A DNA stretch of 32,000 nt from Candidatus Brocadia sp. (GCA_021650915.1 CP091279.1:2460001-2492000); one strand, 5' to 3'. Positions 1 to 9,934 are shown, numbered from the stretch's first letter. Notes: generated by a model from the sequence alone, not told the origin. Made by a program: numbers and translations.

Positions 1-1455
1 GTTATAAAAAATAAGCTTTGCCCGGAATGTAGCAGGATATATCCTGGCGATGTAAACTTTTGCAGTATCGACGGCAAGGGGCTAGTAGATTTTACGGAAG
101 AGGAACTTATCTGTCCAACCTGCAAACAAAAAGCAAACCCCGGAGAAAAATTCTGCAAAAAGGATGGGACACCACTGATCTCCAAATCTTTGCCTGATAA
201 AACGACCTCTGTGCCTGACAAAAAGATAGAAATCAACCTTCCGCCAAATGCAACTCAGGAAGACAAGACGAAGGCCGCCATGTATCATTTCATGGAAGGA
301 AACCGACTGCGCGAAGAAATGAATGATTTTGAAGGGGCTTTGGAGGAATACAGAAAAGCAGAGAAAATAAATCCGGAACTACCATCTCTCCATTTTCAGA
401 TGGGAGGAATTTATTGGAAACTTGGAAAACAGAAGGAGGCATTAGCCCATCTCGACAAATGTAAGACAATATTGGAGGCACAACCGCCCGAAACGAAGTC
501 AAGTGAAAGTTATCAAAAGACATTGCAGGATGTCAAAGTTTACATAAACAAATTAGAAAAAGGGTTAAAACCATCCGAAAAGAATCAACGCAAGGAGTTA
601 ACGCAGGCTGAACGGGACGAAAGGATGAAAAAAGCCCTGTCTGAAAATCGGGGGAAATGGGGTGAAATGATAGTAATCCCTGCAGGAAAATTTACCATGG
701 GCACAAAAGAAGATGAATTTATTCCTGAAGAAACACCACAGCATGAAGTGTATTTAGACACATACTATATCGATAAATACGAGGTCACCAACGCCCTGTA
801 CTGGGAATTTTTGCAATATATCAAAAGCACCGGCGACCACAGCAAATGTTTCCCGGGTGAACCAAAAAACAAGGACCATACCCCTGGGACACCCCACACA
901 GGATGGGATTATCCCTATTATGACTATCCTGATTACCCGGTAACCAGGGTGGATTGGTATGATGCCTATGCCTACGCAGCCTGGGCAGGCAAACGTTTGC
1001 CCACGGAAGCTGAATGGGAGAAGGCCGCCAGGGGAACTGATGGGCGCAGATTTCCCTGGGGCAATGTCTGGGACGCTAAACGAAGCAATGTCGGCCCTGA
1101 TGCGCCTTTGTCTGTTGGCAGTTTTGAATATGGGGCAAGCGTCTATGGATGCCTCGATTTAATCGGCAGCGTCTCAGAATGGTGCTACGACTGGTATCAT
1201 CCGGAATATTACCATACGAGCCCAAGCATGAATCCGAAAGGACCGGAAGCTAGCACTGGCATGCGAGTAATCAAAGGAGCGTCTTTGTTTGCACCCTATG
1301 CATATAAAATGCGCTGTGCGGTAAGAATATTTGGAAATGCTGAGGATCGAAACAAAAGCATTGGCTTCCGATGCGCGAAAGATTATACACCAGAAACCGA
1401 GAAAACGATTAAGGAAACCAGTAAACCGGAAGACAAGGGCAAGGCCGTACATTAA
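1..1455 (+). CDS. Zinc-ribbon / TPR / FGE-sulfatase (SUMF1-like) domain protein, 5' end cut by the window edge
   Basis: Frame 1 is open from nt 1, so the TTG at 190 used by the ORF track is probably internal. The upstream part reads ...KLCPECSRIYPGDVNFCSIDG...LICPTCKQKANPGEKFCKKDG, two zinc-ribbon units. A TPR-like segment follows (ALEEYRKAEKINPELPSLHFQMGGIYWKLGKQKEA). The C-terminal part carries FGE-sulfatase fold motifs: IPAGKFTMGT, HEVYLDTYYIDKYEVTN, RLPTEAEWEKAARG, GSVSEWCYDWY, RVIKGAS, IGFRCA. Confidence 0.8.
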   Translation, partial: VIKNKLCPECSRIYPGDVNFCSIDGKGLVDFTEEELICPTCKQKANPGEKFCKKDGTPLISKSLPDKTTSVPDKKIEINLPPNATQEDKTKAAMYHFMEGNRLREEMNDFEGALEEYRKAEKINPELPSLHFQMGGIYWKLGKQKEALAHLDKCKTILEAQPPETKSSESYQKTLQDVKVYINKLEKGLKPSEKNQRKELTQAERDERMKKALSENRGKWGEMIVIPAGKFTMGTKEDEFIPEETPQHEVYLDTYYIDKYEVTNALYWEFLQYIKSTGDHSKCFPGEPKNKDHTPGTPHTGWDYPYYDYPDYPVTRVDWYDAYAYAAWAGKRLPTEAEWEKAARGTDGRRFPWGNVWDAKRSNVGPDAPLSVGSFEYGASVYGCLDLIGSVSEWCYDWYHPEYYHTSPSMNPKGPEASTGMRVIKGASLFAPYAYKMRCAVRIFGNAEDRNKSIGFRCAKDYTPETEKTIKETSKPEDKGKAVH

Positions 1456-1480
1456 GAGCTATCATGTCTGTATTCCTAAT

Positions 1481-2626
1481 TTATCTATCAGGATTTGAAC
1501 CTTCATAATAGGTGGACAGGTGTTCTTCTTTGTAAATCCTGGCAAAGGCCGATTTGGCATGCTGGTAGGAATTGTAATCGTTCTGCGCGTTCACTCTGTC
1601 ACCCTTCAACTCATAGGCTTTACTCCGGCTTAAATAGGCATTGGCATAATCGTGGTCGAGGATAATCACCTTGGTAAATTCCTCTATAGCCTGATCAGCC
1701 ATTTTCTTTTTCAGATAAATAATACCTAAATTATAATGTGGAGCAACCAATTTTGAATTGGCCTCTACCGCCTTTTTGTATTCAACGATCGCCGTGTCCG
1801 TTTCGTCCATCTTATGATAAACATTGCCGAGATAATAATGAATCTTGGCAATGTTTGAACCCTGCGATAACGCCTTTCTCAGCGCTTCGATTGCATCGCT
1901 ATACTTTCCGTTTACAAAACAGGCAATTCCCAAATTCACATACGCGTCAGCATACATCGGATTTATTTCAAGCGCTCGCTTATACGCGGAAATTGATTCT
2001 TCAATGTGCCCCGTCTGATAGTAAGCAATTCCCAGGTTAAAGTGCGCCTTGTCATAATTCGGTGATACCTCAATCGCTTTTTTATACATTTCAAGTGCCT
2101 TGTCATGGGTATTAACATCCTGGTACAAAACACCGAGATTAAAATATGCCTCTGCCTTCTTAGGATCGAGTCCTATTGTCGTTTCGTATTCCCTCTTTGC
2201 TTCATCAGAATGATTACGTTTATAGTAAATCATGCCTAATTGAAGATGAGCATCTGCATTATGAGGGTCTTTTTGTACTGCTTTCAGGCAAACCTTAAGC
2301 TCATCGTCCGGCACTCCGATCTGCATGCTTACCTCAGACATTCTTTGATAGGCCTCAGCATAATCCGGTTTGAGTTGGGTTGCTATCGTAAACAACTCCA
2401 AAGCCTTTTCCAGATTCCCCTTTTTGTAATAGGCATTTCCCAGTTTAAAATAAATCTCTGGCTGTTTCTTGTTTTTTTGTAGCGACTTTTCGTACTCATG
2501 AATAGCCTCATCAATGCGTCCATCGTCAAAATGTCTATCTCCAGACAGGGAGACTTCTTTAGCAAATCCATAAGGCTGGGAAAGTAACAGGGTAATAATT
2601 CCTGCAATCGAAATTCTTTTTACCAT
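1481..2626 (-). CDS. Secreted TPR-repeat protein
   Basis: 381-aa ORF with an N-terminal signal-like segment (MVKRISIAGIITLLLSQPYGFA). It is followed by about 9 tandem 34-aa TPR units of the form A..Y..LG..Y...G....A...Y.KA....P....A..NLG. Confidence 0.8.
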   Translation of the reverse strand: MVKRISIAGIITLLLSQPYGFAKEVSLSGDRHFDDGRIDEAIHEYEKSLQKNKKQPEIYFKLGNAYYKKGNLEKALELFTIATQLKPDYAEAYQRMSEVSMQIGVPDDELKVCLKAVQKDPHNADAHLQLGMIYYKRNHSDEAKREYETTIGLDPKKAEAYFNLGVLYQDVNTHDKALEMYKKAIEVSPNYDKAHFNLGIAYYQTGHIEESISAYKRALEINPMYADAYVNLGIACFVNGKYSDAIEALRKALSQGSNIAKIHYYLGNVYHKMDETDTAIVEYKKAVEANSKLVAPHYNLGIIYLKKKMADQAIEEFTKVIILDHDYANAYLSRSKAYELKGDRVNAQNDYNSYQHAKSAFARIYKEEHLSTYYEGSNPDR

Positions 2627-2627
2627 G

Positions 2628-3854
2628 TCAGTTCGATTTTAATTCCAATTCCTGATCTTTTATCTGACCTTTTAAGGCAGGAACCGAAGACAAGAACATC
2701 TCCTTAATCTCGTCCTGTTTATAGACCACCGCCGGATCTTTTCCCGTCCTCCACTTCGTAATATACGCATAGGAGAGGTAATCGCTGTAAGCCTTGCTGT
2801 GGTCTCCTTTCATTGAATAGATTTGCGCCCGGTTGTAATAGGCATCTTCGTAAAGAGGCTCAATCTTCTTTGTTATCTTGTCATACCATTCCATTGCTTT
2901 GTCGAGACGGTCCGTCCTGTGATAGATCACTCCAACATTATAGGCTGCATTCACATACTTAGGGTTTTTTTCCAGTACTGCCAAATTATCAGCCAATGCA
3001 TCGTCGTATCTCTGCTGTAAAGCAAAAACGATTGCCCTTTGATAACGCGCGTCAAGATTATCCGGATTTATCTCCATCGCTTTATTGTAGTGAGCAATAG
3101 CTTCATCAAACTTTTTTTCCGTAAGACTAATTAAACCAAAGACAACATAGGCATTAGAGTATTTAGGATTTACCTCCAACGTTTTGTTGAGTTCTTTTCT
3201 CGCATCATCAACCTTTCCCTGCTTGTGAAGCGCTACCGCGAGATTATAGTGTGCATTATCATAGGAAGGATTAATTTCCGCAGCCTTCTTAAACATGGTT
3301 TCAGCATCCTCATATAAACCCATGTCCAGATAACCAACTCCAAGATTAAAAATAATATAAGGGTTTCCCGGATCGAGTTCCAAGGCCTTTTTGTATTGAG
3401 CAATAGCATCGATATCCTTTTCAAGCTTGTGCAAAAAAACACCGAGATCCACATAAGACAGTGGGTTTTCAGGATCCCTATCAATTGCCTTATATCGTTT
3501 CTGAAACTCATCGTCTGGCGCTCCAATCTTAACAAACGTCTCAGCTAACTTTTTGTGAGCGTCAAGGTAATTCGATTTAATATCAATTGCCTTCCTGAAA
3601 TCAGTCGCCGCCTCCTCAAGCTTGTCCTGTCGAAAATAGACAACTCCTCTTCCATAATAGGCCTCTGCCAGCTTTACGTTGGCTTCTATAGCCTTTGTAT
3701 ACTCTGCTAACGCTTCATCGAGTTTATTTTCCCTCACTAAGCCATCGGCAATCTCGCTATGGTTTTTCCCCTTCTCACACGCAAACGGTGAACAAAAAAG
3801 CGCCAATGATAGTAAAAACAATGCGTACTTATACAATTTCATATCCGTCTCCAC
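2628..3854 (-). CDS. Secreted or lipoprotein-like TPR-repeat protein
   Basis: 408-aa ORF from a GTG. An ATG at 3842 (MKLYKYALFLLSLALFCSPFAC) preceded by GGAG is the more likely start. It has a hydrophobic signal with a Cys, then repeated TPR units. Its stop lies 1 nt from the start of the next TPR gene, suggesting an operon. Confidence 0.8.
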   Translation of the reverse strand: METDMKLYKYALFLLSLALFCSPFACEKGKNHSEIADGLVRENKLDEALAEYTKAIEANVKLAEAYYGRGVVYFRQDKLEEAATDFRKAIDIKSNYLDAHKKLAETFVKIGAPDDEFQKRYKAIDRDPENPLSYVDLGVFLHKLEKDIDAIAQYKKALELDPGNPYIIFNLGVGYLDMGLYEDAETMFKKAAEINPSYDNAHYNLAVALHKQGKVDDARKELNKTLEVNPKYSNAYVVFGLISLTEKKFDEAIAHYNKAMEINPDNLDARYQRAIVFALQQRYDDALADNLAVLEKNPKYVNAAYNVGVIYHRTDRLDKAMEWYDKITKKIEPLYEDAYYNRAQIYSMKGDHSKAYSDYLSYAYITKWRTGKDPAVVYKQDEIKEMFLSSVPALKGQIKDQELELKSN

Positions 3855-3943
3855 TCAAGTGTAACAAAAGTATTTTTAACTAATATTTATTATTTTAGTT
3901 TCCTAAGTATATGTAAAAGTTCTTTGATTTCAACTTTTTTATA

Positions 3944-3984
3944 ATAAAAAAAGGAAGCTGTGCAAACACCGCACAGCTTCCTTT
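3944..3984 (-). terminator. Rho-independent terminator downstream of the HDH-like gene
   Basis: Perfect 11-bp inverted repeat GGAAGCTGTGC (3953-3963) / GCACAGCTTCC (3971-3981) with a 7-nt loop. On the minus strand it is followed by a run of T (plus-strand aaaaaaa at 3945-3952). It sits 36 nt after the stop at 4020. Confidence 0.7.
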
Positions 3985-4019
3985 CATTCACTACTAATTA
4001 CAGGGAAAAATATTACAAA

Positions 4020-5762
4020 TTAATGCGTCTTCCCCATGGATCTTGCACCTTCATCATGTGGGTCACCGTGATGAGCATCATGTCCGGTCTTCCAGCCGAG
4101 TTCTTTTATCTTCCTGTTGATGTACTCAACTTCCTCAGCAGGAGCATGGTGCGTATCTAACCAACCTGGGTCAGGACACAGATCAAATATGGTCTTTCCA
4201 GGATGATTCTTTACAATGTACGGACCCGTCAACTGATCAAGCCATTCGCCCGTCTTCCAGAAACTCTCCGGAACCCAGGTAATGCCAACCTTCTTCTCAA
4301 GAGCAGCAAGTCTCCTCGCCTGAGAAGCGTCCTGCTTCACGTTGACCAACCAACGATCCATACCAAACGAACCATCTGAGTACGTAGCATCGTTCCATGA
4401 ACCATGCGCCATACCCTTGTAAATGTATGTCTGGAAATATCCAACGCTCTCGAAGCACAGACGCTCAATGTCAGAGCAGTTCGACATCCTGAATTCACCT
4501 GATTCACCGGCCTTGCCACCAAATGCCGGATCATCATGATAAGCGCCAATCTTCAAACTCCATATATGCTGACCTGACCAGTCAGGACACAAATCTTTTG
4601 GCATAGGATCAGCAACGCCATCCTTGACAAGGTCTGCTGCAATTTGAAATGTCTCACGATACTTTAAACCTGCATCCTTAACTGATTCATCCATAGCCTG
4701 CAAGTTTTCCTTTGCAAACCGTGGTGAATGGCAATCGTCGCAAACTGATGCCCAACGGTCCCTCTTCTCTTTCCATATAGGCGCGCCACGATCTGCCATC
4801 GACATACCCATACTGGCATATACCGTACTGAACCTCTGCACGTTATGATGACCACCCCTCATGTGGCAATACTGGCAGGTTGGGCCAACATAATCAGCAT
4901 CAGCCAGCTTCTTGTCCCAGTCAAACTGCTTGGGATCCCACTTGTTCACCTGATATACCGTACCGTGGAGACCGATATCGTATGCCTCCCAGTCCCTGTG
5001 GTCCTTACCCCAGTGGCACGTCTTGCACTGTTCTGATTTCCTTGCAACCTTCGGATCAAACTGATGCCTCTGGTGACAGGTGCTGCACCTTTCTTCAGGA
5101 CTCGTATGACAGAACGTGCAACCAGCGGTGTCTCCTGGCGGCCTTTCAATTGACCATGCGCATTCTACCTGAGCAAAGCTTGAACAGGAAGCGTGCGAAC
5201 CAATACCACCCTGGCCCTGCTCTGAATACTGTGTCTCATGGCATTCGCTCGTGCCGCAAGCCTTCGATGACGGCATGGTTAACTTCTGGTGATTATTGCC
5301 ATGGCAGGTATCGCAACCCGTCGGGCTTGGTTCAGCCCTGGAGTGCGCGCTCTTCTTATAATCCCTTACAATACCCGGGGTCATAACCGAGTGGCACGCA
5401 ATACACTGCTCTAACTGGAACGTACCCTTAATCGGGTTTGACGGCCTTACCTCATCCCTGTTGTACATATAGTCAGGGATGTAATAACGGTATGCCGGTA
5501 GCGTCTTCCAGAATTTGCTATATTTTCCTGGATAAGGCGGCGCACCAGAGTCCTTAGGATATCCCATATATTTTGCACCTAAACCAGAGAAAAACACCTT
5601 ACCGTTATTATCCGGCTCGCCTATCTGTCCATATACTTCGTGCGGTACCCAGTGAGTGATAATTTCTACTGCCTTTGCCTCTTTTGTCATCAGGTTCGTC
5701 ACCACACCAATGGTGCCAAAACCTATAATCGACGCTAATGTTACTTTCAGAAATCTTTGCAT
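4020..5762 (-). CDS. hdh: Octahaem HAO-family cytochrome c, hydrazine dehydrogenase (HDH/HZO)-type
   Basis: 580-aa ORF with a signal-like N-terminus. It has eight haem c sites in HAO order: CIACH, CDTCH, CGTSECH (CX4CH), CTFCH, CSTCH, CKTCH, CQYCH, CDDCH. It is collinear with the paralog at 8327-9934. A strong SD (GAGAAAGGAGGAG) precedes the ATG at 5762. The HDH subtype rests on the CX4CH third site and the ~580-aa length, as I recall them for kustc0694-type proteins. The family call is far more secure than the subtype. Confidence 0.8.
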   Translation of the reverse strand: MQRFLKVTLASIIGFGTIGVVTNLMTKEAKAVEIITHWVPHEVYGQIGEPDNNGKVFFSGLGAKYMGYPKDSGAPPYPGKYSKFWKTLPAYRYYIPDYMYNRDEVRPSNPIKGTFQLEQCIACHSVMTPGIVRDYKKSAHSRAEPSPTGCDTCHGNNHQKLTMPSSKACGTSECHETQYSEQGQGGIGSHASCSSFAQVECAWSIERPPGDTAGCTFCHTSPEERCSTCHQRHQFDPKVARKSEQCKTCHWGKDHRDWEAYDIGLHGTVYQVNKWDPKQFDWDKKLADADYVGPTCQYCHMRGGHHNVQRFSTVYASMGMSMADRGAPIWKEKRDRWASVCDDCHSPRFAKENLQAMDESVKDAGLKYRETFQIAADLVKDGVADPMPKDLCPDWSGQHIWSLKIGAYHDDPAFGGKAGESGEFRMSNCSDIERLCFESVGYFQTYIYKGMAHGSWNDATYSDGSFGMDRWLVNVKQDASQARRLAALEKKVGITWVPESFWKTGEWLDQLTGPYIVKNHPGKTIFDLCPDPGWLDTHHAPAEEVEYINRKIKELGWKTGHDAHHGDPHDEGARSMGKTH

Positions 5763-5859
5763 GATACTTTAAATTCTCCTCCTTTCTCATTATCCATACG
5801 CCACAATCGTCATTCGATTGCGTTACATGACACAACAATCTTACCCTTTACTTTTTCAA

Positions 5860-5872
5860 ACCACCCCCTTTC
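5860..5872 (-). promoter_or_regulatory. Extended SD-like G-rich leader motif, copy 1 of 3
   Basis: The coding strand reads TTTTGAAAGGGGGTGGTTTG, 98 nt upstream of the HDH-like ATG. The same core occurs upstream of the HOX-like gene and hzsB. A separate canonical SD sits next to the ATG. Confidence 0.4.
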
Positions 5873-6062
5873 AAAATTTCATTTAACGTATAATCTCACT
5901 TGTTCTATTGTATCCTTTTCAGTAACACACAAGATGATTTTGAGGTGATATTTTCAGACAAGCAATTATACTTAATCTCATAGTTATGTCAATATAAAAA
6001 GTTAATTATTTTCGATTCACACGCTATCATTTGCATCATTTAAAAAAGATTTTTATAATGAA

Positions 6063-6866
6063 TTACCCCTTTGCCCCTGAAATCAATTGCTTTACAAAGT
6101 CACCCACACTCCTTATCAATTTTTCTGCGGGTTCTTTCTCAAATTTCACAATTTCTCGCATAATAGCGCTCCCTACGATCACCCCGTCGGCAACCGTACC
6201 GATCATCTTTGCATGATCTGATGTCGATACACCAAAACCAACGGCGACCGGCACCTTCGTCAACTGTTTCAGTCTCCCGATATTTTGAACAATATCATCC
6301 GGCAAGGCATCTCGTATTCCCGTTATTCCAACCACAGAAATGTAATATAAAAAACCCTGAGCCCTTTCGGCAATCATGGTCATCCGGTGGTCCGTTGTCG
6401 TCGGTGCGACAAAACAGATGATCTTAAAATTATTTCTCTCGGCTATCTCAAACAATTCAGAATTTTCTTCCACCGGCAGATCAGGGATGGTTAAGCCGTC
6501 CAGGCCTGCCTTCAGGGCATTTTCGATAAAATGCTGGCATCCTTTTTTGAAGACGGTGCTGTACGATACCATGGAAACGATAGGAATTTCCGATTTCTTA
6601 CGAACTTCTGAAACCATGTCTAAGATATGCGCAACCTTGACGCCCTTCATTAAAGCCCGATAATATGATGCCTGAATAATCGGACCATCTGCAATAGGAT
6701 CGGAAAAGGGGATGCCAAGTTCTATAATATCGGCACCCCTTTTCTCAAACTCCAGAATTAAATCCTTTGTAATTTGCAGGTCAGGGTCTCCTGCCGTGAT
6801 AAATGGTATAAAGGCGGGTTTTTTCTTTGCTTTTAATTCCTGGAACTTTTTATCAATCCGGTTCAT
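6063..6866 (-). CDS. trpA: Tryptophan synthase alpha chain
   Basis: 267-aa ORF with typical TrpA motifs (FIPFITAGDP, GADIIELGIPFSDPIADGPIIQ, GFLYYISVVGITG, PVAVGFGVS). It lies immediately downstream of trpB. Confidence 0.95.
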   Translation of the reverse strand: MNRIDKKFQELKAKKKPAFIPFITAGDPDLQITKDLILEFEKRGADIIELGIPFSDPIADGPIIQASYYRALMKGVKVAHILDMVSEVRKKSEIPIVSMVSYSTVFKKGCQHFIENALKAGLDGLTIPDLPVEENSELFEIAERNNFKIICFVAPTTTDHRMTMIAERAQGFLYYISVVGITGIRDALPDDIVQNIGRLKQLTKVPVAVGFGVSTSDHAKMIGTVADGVIVGSAIMREIVKFEKEPAEKLIRSVGDFVKQLISGAKG

Positions 6867-6922
6867 GAAATCCTTTGCCTGAAAAGGTTTTCCAAAGTAT
6901 CACGTGCGTGTAGTTGTCTTTC

Positions 6923-8170
6923 TTAAATCTCGTACCCAAGTTTTTTTGCGACCTCAAATGAATCCTTATCGCCGCTCCCCGAAAGACACACAACAATGAG
7001 CTTATCTTTGCTTATTCGTGGCGCAAACTTCATCGTGTAAGCAATGGCATGAGCAGCTTCGAGGGCTGGAATAATTCCCTCCAGCCTCGCACATTCCTGA
7101 AAAGCATTGACTGCTTCTTCGTCGGTAATCGAAACATACTCTGCCCTTCCAATATCCTTCAAATAACTATGCTCCGGACCAACCCCAGGGTAATCTAAAC
7201 CGGCCGATATTGAATGAACTGGCAATGTCTGCCCATCCTCATCCTGCAGCACATAACTAGCGCTTCCATGCAAGATACCTATTTTCCCACTTGTCAGCGT
7301 GGATGCGTGCTGGCCAATTTCTATGCCAAGCCCACCAGCCTCAACGCCAATCATATTCACTGTTTTGTCTTCAATAAAGGGATGAAATAATCCCATTGAG
7401 TTACTTCCGCCGCCAACGCAGGCAATTAAATAATCAGGCAGTCTCTGCTCTTTCTCCAGCATCTGCTTCCTGACCTCCTTGCCAATTATCACCTGAAAAT
7501 CCCGGACCATCATGGGATAAGGGTGTGGCCCAACTACCGACCCGATGATGTAGTGGGTATTCCTTACCGACGCCATCCAATCCCTGAGCGCCTCATTTGT
7601 TGCGTCTTTTAACGTCCTCGAACCACTGGCCACCGGTATTACCTTCGCCCCAAGGAGCTTCATCCTAAAGACATTCAGCGCCTGTCGCCTTATGTCCTCC
7701 TCTCCCATATATACTTCGCAGTCGATTCCAAACATGGCAGCAGCAGTCGCCGTAGCAACACCATGCTGACCAGCGCCTGTCTCGGCAATAATGCGCTTTT
7801 TACCCATCCTTTTGGCAAGCAATATTTGGCCGATGGTATTGTTAATCTTATGCGCACCCGTATGATTCAGGTCTTCCCGTTTTAAATAAATCTTTGCGCC
7901 ACCCAGCTTTTTCGTTAACCTCTCGGCATAATAGAGCGTTGAGGGACGCCCCACATATTCTCGTAAGTAATACTCTAATTCCTCATTAAAAGACGGATCT
8001 TTTTTAGCCTCAAAATATGCCTTTTCTAGCTGATCCAGAGCCGGCATTATCGTTTCGGGGACAAACTTTCCGCCAAAACGCCCGAAATGTCCCATCCTGT
8101 CAGGCAAAATCGTTCCTTCTGATATACCCTTAGATTTCTGTGTTTTCGATTGCGCTATTGTCGTTATCAT
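6923..8170 (-). CDS. trpB: Tryptophan synthase beta chain
   Basis: 415-aa ORF with [19 protein letters not shown], the PLP-lysine region [21 protein letters not shown] and GGGSN motifs. Confidence 0.95.
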   Translation of the reverse strand: MITTIAQSKTQKSKGISEGTILPDRMGHFGRFGGKFVPETIMPALDQLEKAYFEAKKDPSFNEELEYYLREYVGRPSTLYYAERLTKKLGGAKIYLKREDLNHTGAHKINNTIGQILLAKRMGKKRIIAETGAGQHGVATATAAAMFGIDCEVYMGEEDIRRQALNVFRMKLLGAKVIPVASGSRTLKDATNEALRDWMASVRNTHYIIGSVVGPHPYPMMVRDFQVIIGKEVRKQMLEKEQRLPDYLIACVGGGSNSMGLFHPFIEDKTVNMIGVEAGGLGIEIGQHASTLTSGKIGILHGSASYVLQDEDGQTLPVHSISAGLDYPGVGPEHSYLKDIGRAEYVSITDEEAVNAFQECARLEGIIPALEAAHAIAYTMKFAPRISKDKLIVVCLSGSGDKDSFEVAKKLGYEI

Positions 8171-8234
8171 ATTATATCACCGCCTTTTGTAAAGCCTGCT
8201 TACTATAGATACTCTGCTCGAATTTACAAACACA

Positions 8235-8269
8235 ATGAGGGTAGCAAATAACTTTTCTGCTACCCTCAT
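8235..8269 (-). terminator. Terminator-like hairpin downstream of the HOX-like gene
   Basis: Perfect 11-bp inverted repeat ATGAGGGTAGC (8235-8245) / GCTACCCTCAT (8259-8269) with a 13-nt loop. It lies 58 nt after the stop at 8327. The minus-strand trailing sequence TGTGTTTGTAAATT is moderately T-rich. Confidence 0.55.
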
Positions 8270-8326
8270 CGCTTAAACCTTTTTAACTACTACTTTTAGA
8301 ATCTGGACTTGTTACCAGATTACCGC

Positions 8327-9934
8327 TTAGTGACCATGCGGCGCAACACCAGCGTCTGCATTTGCACGGTGAGGAATATCAGTTCTCTTAAACCATTCAA
8401 CATCTACGTCGCCTGGTTTTCTTATCCAGCCTGGGAGTAAATCCAGGTATTCACCATGCTGCCAGAACCCTTCTGACTTGTGCTCTAAACCAATCTTTTT
8501 CTCAATGGCGGCAAACCTTCTTAGCTTCGCTGCCTCGGTCTTGATTTCAACCAACTTTCTATCCTGTTCGAAGGCACTTCCGTTTCCATATGTCTGGTTG
8601 TACATTGACATATGAGCGTAGGCTTTGTAAACGTTACCAGTAAGATAGCAAATCATTTCAAGACCTAAACGTTCCAGGTTTGAAGTAGCGTAGAACCTGG
8701 GATCTCCACCTGGCAACAAACTGAACGTATAGTGACCATACCAATCAGGAGGCGAACCCTCTGGCATTGGATCAACAACTCCATCCAGGAAGCAACCAAC
8801 GATAACCGCCGCAGCTTCTCTCCATTTGGTAAAGCTCAAATTAACACCAGCATCCATTTCTTTTAGTTTGTCAGCAGCAAACCTTGGGGAATGGCAGTCC
8901 TGACACTTCTTTATCCATGCATCTCGCTTTGCCTTGTGTTTTGGCGCTCCACGATCGACCTGGAACATACCCATATCGCTATAGATGGTTCCAAATTGTT
9001 GCGGATTGTGATTTCCATCCTGCATGTGGCAATAAGCGCATGTTGGGACTCTGTAGTTGCCTTTCTTGGAAGGCTTACTCCAGTCCATAGTGGCTGATTC
9101 TGCTTCATACAAGCAACCATGAACAGAGGTGTTGTACATTGCCCATTCATCATGATCTATACCCATATGGCAGTATCTGCAGGCAGTTGGCTTCCTCGCC
9201 TCAGCAGGGCTAAACACATGTCTCGTATGACAACCATCACAACGATTTTCTACGATGGCATGACACTCTGCGCAACCGGCAACCTCTTCAGCCGGCTTTC
9301 CTACATGCCATGAAAATTCCAATACGTTCACCGTATAAGCATGGGTATGCGAACCTAATCCACCCGACCTGTGTTCGGAAGTCTCTCTTGGATGGCACTC
9401 ACCGCAATTTTTGTACGTTGGCATAAAAAGCTTCTGATGATCATTGCCATGACATGCATCACAGCCGACGGTGCCTTCAACTGGCTTTCCATCTTTCCCC
9501 TTTACACCAAGCCCTCTTCTCATTTCCAAATTGCCATGGGCGCTCTTCTTCCAATCCTTTACAATGGTTGGAGTCTGCACCGTATGACAAAGAACGCACT
9601 CTTCATTCTTAAAAACACCTTCATTCTGACTACCATTTGTCCAATAATGTTCCGGATCATACCAACGAATTGAAGGTAAAAATTTCAAAAACGATTTATA
9701 AGGACCTCTTCCATCGACATAATCAGGCTTAGTATATTTTGCCGTTAATCCAAACACATACAATGTCCCGTCGTTATCCGGACCAACTGCCTGACCAAAC
9801 ACTTGCGATGCTACATCCTGAAATGTAGGTCCTTCTGCCTTCGCAACACTATTACCCACCGTACACGTCAGCAGCGATACTCCCGCTACAGCAAGAGCGA
9901 TCCTGGACAACGGCTTCTTCAAAATATCAAGCAT
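8327..9934 (-). CDS. hao: Octahaem HAO-family cytochrome c (hydroxylamine oxidase HOX-like)
   Basis: 535-aa ORF with a signal peptide (ALAVAGVSLLTCTVGNSVAKA). It has eight canonical sites: CVLCH, CDACH, CGECH, CAECH, CDGCH, CRYCH, CAYCH, CQDCH. SD AAAGGAGAGG precedes the ATG at 9934. The subtype (HOX versus another HAO paralog) is only inferred from the length and the all-CXXCH pattern. Confidence 0.8.
   Translation of the reverse strand: MLDILKKPLSRIALAVAGVSLLTCTVGNSVAKAEGPTFQDVASQVFGQAVGPDNDGTLYVFGLTAKYTKPDYVDGRGPYKSFLKFLPSIRWYDPEHYWTNGSQNEGVFKNEECVLCHTVQTPTIVKDWKKSAHGNLEMRRGLGVKGKDGKPVEGTVGCDACHGNDHQKLFMPTYKNCGECHPRETSEHRSGGLGSHTHAYTVNVLEFSWHVGKPAEEVAGCAECHAIVENRCDGCHTRHVFSPAEARKPTACRYCHMGIDHDEWAMYNTSVHGCLYEAESATMDWSKPSKKGNYRVPTCAYCHMQDGNHNPQQFGTIYSDMGMFQVDRGAPKHKAKRDAWIKKCQDCHSPRFAADKLKEMDAGVNLSFTKWREAAAVIVGCFLDGVVDPMPEGSPPDWYGHYTFSLLPGGDPRFYATSNLERLGLEMICYLTGNVYKAYAHMSMYNQTYGNGSAFEQDRKLVEIKTEAAKLRRFAAIEKKIGLEHKSEGFWQHGEYLDLLPGWIRKPGDVDVEWFKRTDIPHRANADAGVAPHGH

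Noticed and set aside
4880-5386. 168-aa plus-strand ORF inside the HDH-like gene
   Set aside because: It is antisense to the octahaem gene and has no recognisable motifs or SD.
5840-5875. Mini-ORFs starting right after the G-rich leader motif (TTG AAA AAG TAA in the HDH-like leader; TTG GCA GGT AAA GAA ATT TAG in the HOX-like leader; GTG GTA GGG AAA ATT TTT TAA in the hzsB leader)
   Set aside because: The start codons are non-ATG. Spacing from the G-run is inconsistent; in hzsB the GTG lies inside the motif. The peptides are unrelated, so a leader-peptide model is not supported.
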